From the NCBI GenBank assembly GCA_020137815.1, contig CM035352.1, positions 4,464,001 through 4,528,000 of the forward strand: a stretch of 64,000 bases of DNA. Direction: 5' to 3'. Each line of letters starts with the position of its first letter. Positions within the stretch are counted from its first letter, which is position 1. The position numbers were made by a program, and so were the translations under genes. Positions 35,641 through 47,600 of this stretch are shown one piece after another. The notes under the pieces were generated by a model. The model was not told the DNA's origin. It was given only the letters and a program-made list of their open reading frames with translations, and did no database searches. The DNA comes from Hormiphora californensis. Its lineage: Eukaryota; Animalia; Ctenophora.

Positions 35641-37458
35641 TAGAGATAGACAGATTGAAGGATAACATTTAACGAGATATGCCGTTAATTATGGCAGTAG
35701 CCTAAAGGTGTTACCCCCGTGACACCACATGGGCCCGGGCATCCAAACTAATTTATTTAATTGGTTTTTGGACTAAATTCTATCTATACCCTGTTTCAGC
35801 ACCGGTTCAGGAAGTTAGCCAGCATCGCTTGTTCAAGGTACCCTTCGTGTACCCTTCCTACACCAACCCCAACGTTAGAGGCTGGTGGTATGCTCATTTC
35901 TATGGGAAGGTATAGTTTAGTTAATTAGTCAATTAATAAGTAGTTAATTAATTAATTAGTTAAGTAGAGTAGAATCTATAGTTTAATCATTTCAATATCT
36001 TGAATTGCGTTACGTAACTCAACTAGCATACCAAATAATTTCTGTTTTGGTTCTTAACTTTTTCTTCTTAACCCCCGGGGCTATGAATGTGGTGGTTCCC
36101 TGAATACCATCTCATGTCGCACTTTCAACATGAATACTTCTCGGAAAAACTTCAGACTCATTTTGAATTTTCGGAACTTTTGGCCACGTGCCCATGCAAC
36201 TGCCACATGAAATTCTCACATTTTTTAGCGAACGCTGGTATTTCACTCTAAAAATATTTATTCTGCTCTCTTTACTAAAAGTAACGATCTCACTTTATTT
36301 ATCTTGCTCTCTATAGTAAAAGTAACGATCTCACTTTATTTCAGTGGATAGTTCGGCAGTTAGAGATTCATCCTGAGAAGGCCCCACTGTGTCTAGTAGC
36401 CGGCAAGGATGACCTAAAGATGTGCGAGTTGCAGCTTCAGGAGACAGGTAGGGGTTCTACCTGTGTAGAATAAGAATAACATGGAACAGGAAAAGAGCGA
36501 AATATCATGGCTGTGCCATCCTGCATAGATAAGAGGGGAAAGACAGTGTATCACGAATCCATGAAGAAGAAAAACATGTGTAGGCCAAACGACGTCTTGG
36601 AAACACGAGTAGGTCGTTGGACCTTGGTTACAAAATATCCCCTTCATAGTATAGCGCCGGCAAGGGAGAGCTAACTTCGTTACCAAGGTTGGGCCATATC
36701 TAGGAAACCCTGTTTCCAGTTCTTGGTCAGGTCCTGAAAGGTATTTCAATGCCACTACCGGTGGGCGGTTACGAAGTTACCCCTTGCCAGCGCAATACCG
36801 GTGGGCGGTGGCAGTTTTGGCAATGTCATTAAACTACCTGTAATAGTACAAGTAGTACTATAACAGATGACGTATTGTACTCAATCAGAATTGAGTAGAA
36901 CTTGAGTACATACAGCTGTACTCTGCTCCACCTTCCCCCTCAAATACTCTACACACAAATTACACGTGCTTCTTCAATCCCTCTTAAACCTGTATTATTG
37001 TATGACCCCTTACTCAACAACTGTATTACGACTCAAGCCGTCCTCCCATTCCCCTACCGCATGCCGCTGTTATACCTTCGATCTATATCTACTTTTCTAG
37101 TTTTAGATACGAACACAATAATTCCACATTATTAGTATCTGTATCTCATTCAGGCACACATTCACAATGTACATGTTGATGGTTTCAGGAACCGACCGAA
37201 ACAAGTAAACAACCAATCAGAACTTGTTATTTAGGTCACGTAACTGGTTATCAGCCAATCAGGGACCAGCATTTCCTGATTCGGTCGGTTCCTGAATGGT
37301 TTCATGTCTACTTAGTAGTAGAGGTGGAAGTGGTGGTAATGTAATACCTGGCCTCCACAGGTTTGACACGCCGCAAGGGCAGTGAGATAACGATGAAAGA
37401 GTTTGACGACCTGTGGGCATGTTGTGGCGGTGGCCCTTACAAGCTCAGAACCGAATAG
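21167..37458 (+). CDS. MYO6: Unconventional myosin VI (multi-exon span)
   Basis: [15 protein letters not shown] start; P-loop GESGAGKT (~22092); [20 protein letters not shown]; [30 protein letters not shown]; E/R/K-rich SAH (~32520-33300); [14 protein letters not shown] (RRL, ~33830); GWWYAHF (WWY, ~35880); ends [27 protein letters not shown]. Confidence 0.96.
23126..24135. mobile_element. ~1 kb palindromic (foldback) MITE, PIF/Harbinger-like
   Basis: Ends GGGGATTTTAGTA / TACTAAAATTCCC with TAA on both sides (23123-25, 24136-38); arms near-perfectly complementary over ~470 bp. Confidence 0.85.
25481..25942 (-). CDS. Two-exon 128-aa secreted peptide precursor nested antisense in a MYO6 intron
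   Basis: Exon1 25911-25942 and exon2 25481-25835 joined by a 75-nt GTAAGT..TTCAG intron give one frame: [23 protein letters not shown] (signal peptide)...ICTG...[15 protein letters not shown]...RSCLF...LMCDG...WRLF*. Confidence 0.75.
27762..27897. repeat. (CT)n microsatellite
   Basis: Dinucleotide run in a MYO6 intron. Confidence 0.95.
28427..28921 (+). repeat. 112-bp tandem repeat containing five copies of a MYO6 acceptor plus exon start
   Basis: CAG|GAGGGATGGYTGGACAGGAACAGTGATGTCCTACAYAGCTCCC at 28427, 28539, 28651, 28763 and 28876. Confidence 0.93.
29118..29287. mobile_element. Tc1/pogo-type MITE, TA target duplication
   Basis: TA-CAGTCGGACCCC...GGGGTCCAACTG-TA with internal CCACTAAATCGGGG repeats. 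Confidence 0.85.
29553..30304. repeat. 11-bp minisatellite (TGTTCTAGATC)n making up almost an entire MYO6 intron
   Basis: Roughly 68 units between the donor at ~29549 and the acceptor at ~30331. Confidence 0.97.
34133..34241 (+). mobile_element. hAT-like MITE with 8-bp TSD
   Basis: TIR CAGGAACCGAC / GTCGATTCCTG flanked by CTATAAAC on both sides. Confidence 0.9.
34253..35780 (+). mobile_element. 1.5-kb non-autonomous element, copy 1 (internal inverted repeats and (AG)n)
   Basis: Reverse-complement match to 37664-39276; TAGCACTGGCA inverted repeat, GGGGGCAGAGCCCCC hairpin, ~90-bp IR around a microsatellite. Confidence 0.85.
37186..37294 (+). mobile_element. hAT-like MITE
   Basis: TIR CAGGAACCGACCGAA / TTCGGTCGGTTCCTG; flanks GATGGTTT / AATGGTTT. 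Confidence 0.88.
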
Positions 37459-37663
37459 ATCGCCCCTGCCCCCGGGTAATGGTATTATCAGTAGAAAATG
37501 GGTCATGATATGGAATCATGATATTGGGACTTGAAGGTCTTATAGAAGGGAGAGAAAGTGCAATGCTTTGTTGATAATAATTAGTGACCTCTCAGTCTCC
37601 GGGTGTAGAACTATCGTTATACTCTCTCTTTCGCTGAATGTTTATTTTCAAGCTAAGTTATAT

Positions 37664-37877
37664 GAATTTAGTCCAAAAACCAATTAAATAAATTAGTTTG
37701 GATGCCCGGGCCCATGTGGTGTCACGGGGGTAACACCTTTAGGCTACTGCCATAATTAACGGCATATCTCGTTAAATGTTATCCTTCAATCTGTCTTGCC
37801 TGCGAAGCAGGCAAGCCCCGTAGGGGATCGCCCTACGGGCGCGCGAACATGGGGGGCGCGACGTGCCCAACAATCTG

Positions 37878-37949
<72 letters not shown>

Positions 37950-39276
37950 CTTCTCTCTCTCTCTCTCTCTCGCTCACTGTTTCTTTCACTATATAATCTC
38001 TCTTTTTTCTCTCCTCTATTTCTCTCTCCGTCTTTCTTGATTATATCTCACTCTCTCTATCCTAATTTCTTTTGCCTTTATTTCTCTCGATATCCATAAT
38101 TTATGACAGTAGCCTAAAGGTGTTACCCCCGTGACACCACATGGGCCCGGGCATCCAAACTAATTTATTTAATTGGTTTTTGGACTAAATTTCTGTTCTT
38201 TTTGGTGTAAAATAGAAAAAGCTATTTTTTAGGAATTTTTCTGATTTCTGCATATTTTCGAATTTGAATAATTCATAAATATGCGAATAACGACTAAACG
38301 GTGAGAGATACGACTTTTTTCAGGGGGACGACCCCCTATAAATCGACTATTCTGCGCCGGAATATGTCCATGAAAACGTTTTAGGACCATCCGAAGTGGA
38401 AATATTAAGAATATGCATTAAATCATGAATCGGTGCATAAATATGCGAATAACGGCTAAACGGTGCGAGATACGACTTTTTGTCTGGGGGACGACCCCCC
38501 ATAAATCGACTATTTTGCGTCGAAATATGTCCATGAAAACGTTCTAGAACCAGCCGAAGTGAAAATATTGAAAATATGCATAAAATCGTGAATAGGTGCA
38601 TAAATATGCAAATGACGGCTTAACGGTGCGAGATAGAGATTTTTGTCCCGAGTAAGACCCCCCATAAACCGACCATTCCGCGTCGAATAAGACCGGTTTC
38701 AAGTCTTTATGACCTTCCAGTCGTGTCATATCGCAACCATGGTTAAAATGAATATTTAATGACTAATTAATGAATAATTAATGAACTATGGCGATTTCGA
38801 AGTTCTCACACAGCTATTACCGAGCGCAATGATGTAAGGAACCACTGTTCCAAACGGCAAGTCTCTACTATTTGTGGTTTAGGAGAACACTCAAAGATAA
38901 AAAAGCGTCCTCTTCCCCCTCCCCCTCCCCCTCCCCTCCCCCTCCTTACATTTTTGCATTTTGGGACCCCTCTGGCAAATTTTTACCTTACATCCTATCG
39001 TTCTGAAAATTTGCATGCCTCTTCTCCTATATGAGGGCCCTTAGAGTACAAAATTTCAGCTCTCTACTTCATCTGGAACATGCTTTTTTAAAGCATCAAA
39101 AACCTCGAAATCTGCAATGGTATATAGTAGCACTGGCAGGTTTTCACGCGCTTGTGTGTAGAAGTGTTGCGTGTGCTCTCTCTTTTGTTTTTTGAGTTAG
39201 AGGGTATTTCTAAGGTGGGGGCTCTGCCCCCACACCCCCCCTTTTGGGCCCGGGGCACTTGCCAGTGCTATGATTA
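37664..39276 (-). mobile_element. 1.6-kb non-autonomous element, copy 2 (inverted relative to copy 1)
   Basis: Near-identical inverted copy of 34253-35780 with an extra 84 bp at 37797-37880. Confidence 0.85.
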
Positions 39277-39659
39277 CCTACCGCTGAAAAGTTATTAAGG
39301 TCTAAATATTGTTGTCCTTTATTGAAAATAATTATCTACAATTATGTTGTTTCTTAACACATCCAAAATAGTTTGATTTTACTTTTATTTCCTTTGCCAA
39401 CCCCCACCACACCTACAGACCCGATTTAAATTCCTCACTATTCCCCCACCAGCCATTCTCCCCCGCCACCGTCTAACCCTCTCTCCCTGACATGGTTTAG
39501 CTATGAACCCATCCTACCATCTCCCTGATACATCTAATGGGTTCGCGTGTCACCGTCCCGCCATAGCTCCGGATCGGATCACCTGCCAATGATGTGGCGG
39601 TGAATGTGCGGCTAGACGTCTCCTCCTCACATGGACTGAGGTCAGATGACTGAGGTGCA

Positions 39660-39687
39660 CACGTGACACGAGATCACGTGATATATA
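39660..39687 (+). promoter_or_regulatory. Putative core promoter of the homeobox gene: two CACGTG E-boxes and a TATA-like box
   Basis: CACGTG 39660-65, TCACGTGA 39674-81, TATATA 39682-87, ~120 bp before ATG 39805. Confidence 0.5.
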
Positions 39688-39804
39688 GGTGACCAGTGAG
39701 CGAGGCTCTCCTTACTCACTCCTACTACTCAGTCAACGGATTGTTCAACTGTTGAGCTGTATTTTTGGCTACACTTTCTCGTAAAACTGTTATATTGTTG
39801 AAAA

Positions 39805-42800
39805 ATGTACAGTCTCGATTCTTACACGGCAGCTCTGGAGCCTTGGCTTTACCCTCCACCACCCCATAGCGGCGGGGGAGGACCTATGGTATGTGTAGCT
39901 CTACTCAAACCTTGGAATTCATAGTTTCACTTCGCCCTCTTTTGATATATTATTAGCAGTTGATAATCGTGTTTTGATATATCCATGTTCCTCCAGGATA
40001 TCCATAACTCCTACATTCCCGTCCCCGGATCTCTTGATGATTTTCGGACAAGTGCCCTTCTAGCTGGCTCCCCTGCCTTCCTGCCACCTGAACCCAGGGC
40101 TACACCATACCGCCGTACCTCTTCCCGTGTCCGCAGTAGTACTAGGAATAGTAACAGTAGGGTTGCTAGTGCTGGTGGGGCTACCAGTCATTCGAAGAAG
40201 CTGAGGAAATCTGAGAATCAGGTTGAGGTTCTGAAACGGTTCTTTACGACAAACGCTAAACCTGGCAGGTCAGTGACATTATTAATATCCTAGTGAAGTT
40301 GTTTGGTTTAGTTTTGCTTTGATTGTGAATGATTTTGGAACTTTTGAATTTGTCCTAACCCTCTCTTCTTCCCTACTAACAGTAATCCTTTATCCTTTTT
40401 CTACCAGCTGTACCCCTCTAAACTTTCCACCACCCCCATCCTTCTCTCTCTCAACTCCTTCACTAACCCCATCTCTCCTCTCTCCAACACCTCCACTAAC
40501 CCCCTTTCTCTCCAACACCTCCACTAACCCCCCTTTCTCTCCAACACCTCCACTAACCCCCCTTTCTCTCCAACCCCTTCACTAACCCCATCTCTCCTCT
40601 CTCCAACACCTTCACTAACCCCATCTCTCCTCTCTCCAACACCTCCACTAACCCCCTCCCTCTCCAACACCTCCACTAACCCCATCTCTCCTCTCTCCAA
40701 CACCTCCACTAACCCCATCTCTCCTCTCTCCAACATCTTCACTAACCCCATCTCTCCTCTCTCCAACACCTCCACTAACCCCCTTTCTCTCCAACACCTC
40801 CACTAACCCCCCTTTCTCTCCAACACCTCCACTAACCCCCCTCTCTCCAACACCTTCACTAACCCCCTTTCTCTCCTCTCTCCAACACCTCCACTAACCC
40901 CATCTCTCCTCTCTCCAACACCTCCACTAACCCCCTTTCTCTCTCCAACACCTCCACTAACCCCATCTCTCCTCTCTCCAACTCCTTCAATAACCACATC
41001 TCTCCTCTCACCAACACCTTCACTAACCCCCTTTCTCTCCTCTCTCCAACACCTCCACTAACCCCATCTCTCCTCTCTCCAACACCTCCACTAACCCCCT
41101 TTCCTCTCTCCTAACCCCCCTTTCTCTCCAACAGGGACAAAGTCAGGGAGATAGCCGAAGCGACGGGTCTGAGTTTCCTGGAGGTGCGGAACTGGTTCAG
41201 GAATGCCCGTCTGCGGAATAAGGATGATAAGAACGGAGGGTATACCCTGAAGACGGATGATTGTTGTGATGTGGTTAGCAGCTCTACCGAGGATTGCATG
41301 CCTCTCCTGGTTTCCATGGATGATATCCGAGAGGAAATGACGAGGGTAAGTGAAGTCTGGTTTTGAAATTAAATTAAGTAGGAATTGAATGGTCTCTTAA
41401 ACTGGTTAAGTGGTGGGGGTACTGAGTATAGTGGGGAGGTCTGGTCAGGGTAACTGGAAGGTGTGTATATTTATAATCGTAGGAGATGTGTCAGGGTGTA
41501 GGGGGAGTGGGATTTGGTAGTGGGACATGTGGCCAGGGTTTAAGTCAAGTAGGAAGTGGGACCTGCTTGCTCGATTTATGGGAAGGGAGAGTAATCTGGT
41601 ACAGGAACATCCTACCATGATGGTAAGAGCGACAGAGAGGGGTGGGGGAAGAGGAGGGGCGAGGGTAATTAGGAACTGTAGAGAGAGAGAGAGAGAGAGA
41701 GTACTTAGTACTAGCTACAATTAAAGCTTGTTCCTATTATTGATTCTAAAATCTCTCTTTCTGAAATGCTTCTCTCCTTTCCAGCCCCCTTTCTATTTTC
41801 TAACCCCTCTTTCTATATCTATTATGATAGATAGAGGGACGAATTCTATTTCTAACCTATTTCTCTCTCACGCAGCTTTGGACTAAACTAGACGATGAAG
41901 ACCGGAAATCGATGCTCCCAACATTTTTCAAGGTGTGGGACAAGGACAGCCCCAGCCGAACCGAGGCCATCAAGTCCGTTCTACGGTGTCTCAGCACCAC
42001 GGAGAAGAACTATGTACACGGTGCAGTGAAACCCAGGGGACCCTACCGGTGCAGCAGTGATAAAAACCTGAGCAAGACGACCATTTTGGAGAGGGCCAAG
42101 ACGGCCTGGAAAGAGCTGGAGAGAATATTTGGGGCGAACAAGAGGGTAAGTGGAAAATCTAGAATTTTTGGAAACTTTTAGTGTACAGTACTGAGTACGT
42201 GCAATGTAAATTGTAGTGATCAAGGCAAACACATTTTTGGGGCTAGTGGCTATCCTATTTGTGTTCGTTCCTAACCTCCCCTCCCATTTATCTAAATATC
42301 CCTCTAACCTCCCATCTCTCCACCCTAGTTCCATCCCTAAGTCTAACCCCCTCCCCTCTTCTCTCTCTTCTCCCCACTAACCTACCTTCTTCCTCAGGAG
42401 AATGCCAGCTACCAACAAGACTGTCTACAACTGAACCTCGATCAGGACATGCTAGAGGGGCTAAAATCCCTGTTCCAGGCCCACCGGGACTACCTATACT
42501 ACCTTGTAAAGAACATGGGTATCGACACGAGTGATGACAAGGACATGGGCAAACTGAAAGCTGGAAGTGGAGGTGGTGTGACGGCGGTGCCTGCCCGGTA
42601 CCCTCCTGTCCAGGAACAGATTGCACCTCCTCAACCCCCCGCTATACCCGATGATGTTATTGTTCCTTATCTACAGGTGAGAGGGAGTGTGATACAAACA
42701 TGGTAATTTTATTGAGTGTTTCAAAAAAAGACCCTTTCGAAACCTCTAATCACCCCATTCCTAACCCCCTATTTCTATCCCTCTAATCACCCCATTCCTA

Positions 42801-44014
42801 ACTCCTAATCACCCTCTAATCTCCCTATTCCTAACCCCTAATCACCCTCTAATCTCCCTATTTCTAACCCCTAATCACCCTCTAATCTCCCTATTTCTGA
42901 CCCCTAATCTCCCTATTTCTGACCCCTAAGCACCCTATAATCACCCTATTCCTAACCCCTAATCACCCTCTCCCTATTTCTGACCCCTAATCTCTCCCTC
43001 AGTATGCGGGCCACACTGACATGCTACAAGGGTACCCTGGACCTGCCTTCCCCGGTTACCATCACCCTCATCATCAGGGTGGTTACCCGAGTTTGGGGTC
43101 TACTGCTGCTCTTTATCCTGCCGAGTTCCCGCCCTACTACAGCCCAACTTCTTCCACTGGTGCTTACCATACGCCATTACATGTTAGTACACCGGGATAT
43201 TAGACAACAATTTTATTTCTGGCAGAAGTAGTGCGGCAAAATCAGGGCCGTGGGGTGAAAATGAGAATAGTTTTCTTCGTGCGAACTAACACTTTCCCAA
43301 TTTCAGCTGGCAAGCCCGACCGGTGTGGCACCCAAAGGGTGGCCCCTTGACCTGGACCCCAAAACGGCCTACTATGGAGGAGGACCAGAGCCGGACATGA
43401 AGACAGAGAAAATGATGCAAAGTGAAACGAAAACAATCAGCATGAAGGTACGATAGACCTTTGCCTAGCAAGTAGCAACAAACCACGACTCTACTCGCAG
43501 TATAACTGCCTAGATCGACTGAATGTCTAGCCCCAAAACCAAAAGTTCCCGAATCAATTTCAATCCTACAATGATGTATTCAGATCTCTAACCGGCATGT
43601 AATTGTCCAGGCACCGTTTAGCGAACTGACGAGCGGAACAACTTTTAACACTTCCTACAACACGGGTACAGAGGAATCCGCGGAGATAACTTTGGTGAAA
43701 ACACGAACTTCCCTGAAGTACCACTACGAGTTCAAAACCTTCAACAAATGTGAGTATTTGATCCCCTTTCTATAAACTCAATTTCTTTCATGAATGATAT
43801 CTGATCAGGATTAAATAAATCTCAATTTCTAAGTCTAAAAACACGGTGCACCACTCTACTATCGACTCCCCCAGCTCAATTCTAACAAACCCATTCTTTT
43901 CCAGCTACAGGCAACTCAACTGTCTCAGCGGCCCTTCCTTCTGACCACCATCCCACTCCCCCGGCCCTCCCACCCTGTGGAAAATCCTCCAAATCTAGTT
44001 CAGAACTGGTCTGA
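39805..44014 (+). CDS. Divergent homeodomain transcription factor (multi-exon span)
   Basis: Spliced homeodomain KKLRKSENQVEVLKRFFTTNAKPGR|DKVREIAEATGLSFLEVRNWFRNARLRNK (~40195-41222); further GT-AG exons at ~41876-42145, 42399-42676, 43003-43182, 43307-43447, 43611-43749 and 43905-44014. Confidence 0.85.
40440..41133. repeat. ~31-36 bp C-rich minisatellite in the intron splitting the homeodomain
   Basis: CTCTCCAACACCTCCACTAACCCC repeated ~20 times up to the acceptor. Confidence 0.92.
42745..43000. repeat. C-rich minisatellite (CCCTAATCACCC...)
   Basis: Degenerate tandem units preceding the acceptor at ~43002. Confidence 0.85.
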
Positions 44015-44637
44015 AGAGGATCAAGAGAGGAAGCTGAGACTGTTTAAATAGTGATCGGTCGAAGGAGTTATTCAGAGCATGAACAATTGATGAATATTGT
44101 ACTTATATTTGACGAATTATTTGACAATGGATTATTGATAAATTAAGTGGCTTGACTCACTTATATTATGATTTGTTTTCAATCACTTGATAATTGGTTG
44201 TTTTAAGTTGAAAGGGAACATTCAACATGACGTCCATTCGATAATCTAAATTTTAATTGCCCCTTCCCAACCCTGTCTGGCGCCGCGACCCCATCTGAGC
44301 GCACTGTCGTGGGGTCTGGCGCCGCCGCCAGACAGTCCCAAACCCAGTCGAGATCTATTATGTACCGCAGGTTCGGTTTGGACTTGGTACCCCTAGACAG
44401 TTCGAAATTACAGCTGTTCCCCTTCCCAATCCCACAGGCCACAGCCATAACTATTAAAATTCTGGACGTCTATTTTGAATGTTCCCTAGTCAGAATAATT
44501 GAGTCGGGGTTTTGGGGGTTTTTGAACACAATTTGTGGAAAATTTACACAATCTACACAAGTATATACACGAAGCTTACACACAGGCTCTATAGTCTATA
44601 CACATAATATACACACTATATTACTCATCATCACAGT

Positions 44638-47600
44638 TCACTTCTCACTCCCAATCTGTCTCTGAGTACTCCAACTATTTTTCCTGCCCCTTGTTCTGCT
44701 TTGTTGCTCCTTCCTTACATAGTTATCACCCGTTGACACCACCAACACCATATCCCGTGACACCTCACCCCACATTGACACCTCACCCCCTCCCCCGGAA
44801 CTAAACACCCTCCGGGCAGCGCTGGCCAGGTTCAACCGGACGGTAGACGTCTCTAACAGACCCTCGATTGAGGTTACAACTACACGAATGGGCTGGCTCT
44901 TGTAGTCACCGTTTCGGGTGATGTAGACAGGGAGGGCTTGTTTTCCCACCGGTAACCGAGGCACTGTCCTGGGCCGGGTGTTCCCTCCTATAATAGTTGC
45001 CACGTCCAACTTATTGAGTTCACTGAACAACTTCATCCGCTTTCTAAAACTGGGTCCTTTGGTTTTCTTTGGGTGAATGAAGGCCTCTCCAGTGCTCACA
45101 AATAGTTCACTGTAAAACCCTGTTGAGAGGAGATTCTGGAAGCTTGGTACTTCGCTCCCATCAGCCAGGAACAGTCTAGAAAGAGGTTTACCAGGCTTCA
45201 GCTCCGCTAGACTCTTTCGGAGGATTTCATCATGTGTTCGTGCCAGGAACAGTGCTCCAGTGTGTTTTGGGGGCCCTGCACCGTTCAGATAACACCTCAC
45301 CAGCGCTATACCATCGTTAGGGCACTCCAACTGTAGGGTCTGTCTGATCGCATCTCTCATTGCTTTCAGAGAGGTCGAGTTCCTCAGATCTCCCAGGACA
45401 CTCTCCCAAAGGTAGAGGGTACCCAGAGCCCTGTCACCTTGGAGCCCTTCCAGACCTGATAGTCCAGAGAGACTGCTCCTGATGGCTAGCCCTCCAGTAG
45501 CACAGTAGTACCCTACAGAGCACACAAAGGTGGTAGTATCGATCCTATCGAGGCTGTATCTATCCCTCATGGCAGTAGCACACGACCCACACACGTAGAT
45601 ATGGGTATTTTCCTCCGGTATCCCCGCTATACCCGGGTTCTCCATTATATATGTTGGCTGCTCGCTGTTATCAGCCCCTGTAACAGCGTAGGTACAAAGC
45701 TTGGCAAGAAGAGCTGCATTGATGCCCCTGCACAAGTCTGACCCCGCCAGGGCAATAAGGTGCCCAGTCGTCTCGTCATATCGCCACTTTTGGGCAGTAT
45801 TCCCGTTGACAATGGCCTGGAATGGGGCCACCTTTAGTTTGGAGCCACTGTAATCAAGGGGAGCCGGGGGTATAACCGAGGGTTGGGTGACAGTGAGGGT
45901 TTGGCCGGTACACGCGTAGATAAACTCATCGTCAAGTGTCCAACACTGCTCTGCAGCTGCTTTGTCGTAGGGTACTAGTTCAACTGTGTTTCCAGGTCCC
46001 AGGGAGAGGACAAAGTTAGGCTGCTCAAGGAGGAAGAACCGGCAATCTTTGTAAAGCCACTGGTTACATGTCCGTTTAGTTGACCTTCTAAAGGATGATC
46101 CGGTTGAGGAAGCATTAGATTTCACTGATTTGACACTTTCACAATCACTCCTATCACTCTCATCATCTCCGCTGCCCCAATCTAATTTGTCCTTGATCAG
46201 CCCGGATACAAATGCCGGGTTTCTCCACGGGAACTGCTCAATGGAACTGAGATCTCCCTCGTTTTGGACCACGTGACTCCTGTAATGGAACCCCCGCTTC
46301 TGTGGGGACTGTGATGGTGGAGGGGGTACATCTTCGAGGGACTTGTTAGTTTCCGCTATATCCAGGATGTCGCTAACAGAACTGTCTAAGATGAGAGCGG
46401 TATCACTGTCTGTTAGAGGAGCTAACCGGATACTCCCGTGTCTCCGGATCTCCCTAACTCCTACCACATACTGGGTCGGGGCCATTGTTGAACAAAATGT
46501 TTTGATCTTGTTAACATCATCTACTACTTCGTGGAACAGTTTATTCCTGGAATTCTTCTCACAATCAGGTGTCTCGAACTCTCCTCCACAACTCACAAAC
46601 ACCTCATCGTCCCGGGCCAGGGAGTCAAGAGAGATCAACTCCTCCCCACTTGCAGAGAACAACCTGGTAGGTGGTGTTGTCAGGTTTAGAACCTGCCCGC
46701 ACTTGTCGAGGAAGAGCCTGTACTCAAGGTCGCTAACTCTCTCCCGGTCTTCAGTAGAGACATCCTTGGAGTGACGTTCCAGCCACCGTTCTGTGTCAGG
46801 TTGTCGGTCCAGGCGGCGTTCTCGTTTCATGGCCAGGTCCTTTTTCATATTCGTCAGATCAGGGACGGTGACAAGGTGCGATGGCTCGAGGGTTCCCATA
46901 TACCGGACAGTTAGGCGGAGGGGAGCTTGTGAGGATGGGGTTGATTTGGGTGGTTTGAGGGAGGGAGCACGGCAGAGTAGTAACCCTTCCATAGGCCATG
47001 TTAGTTTGGTATTCCTCTCTCCGTCAGGGTTGGTGGGCCAGGAGAGGCACTCGCGGGCCCACTGTGGGTTGCCAATATCACACAACTTCCACTGTCCCAA
47101 CACGGCAATAGTTTCCTGTTTGAACCCCCACCTCTGGGTGTCCCCTGACGGAGGGAAGGGGAGGTAGGGCCACAATGACAGGATCCTCTCCACCCGGTAT
47201 CTCAGGAATTTCAACCTCCTCCTCCTGGCCAGTACACAGTAAAACTTCCATCCTCCTTCCCCTCCTCTTTCCTCACCGTGCTCTGCCGCTGAGGGACTGG
47301 CTGTTGTTGTTGTGAACTGGAATAAAACTCGGCAGGCTCCTCCAGAAGGGTAAGCAACAGCCCTGTTCTATCACAAACAAAATTGCCATCTTTTGTAGCG
47401 GTCCACTGAGTGATTCTCTCGGCACTGAGCTCCACCATGTACCCCTCTAGGGGTGCCACAGTTCCCTGATCCTTCCCCCGGTATAGGATAGCGTGGGGTG
47501 AAACAGAAAGGCACAACCGAGGGAACATCCTTGGTCTGATTTCTCTCGTCTCTGTGTATACCCAGGTCTGGTTGTGGGAGAACAGACCCGACTGGGATGA

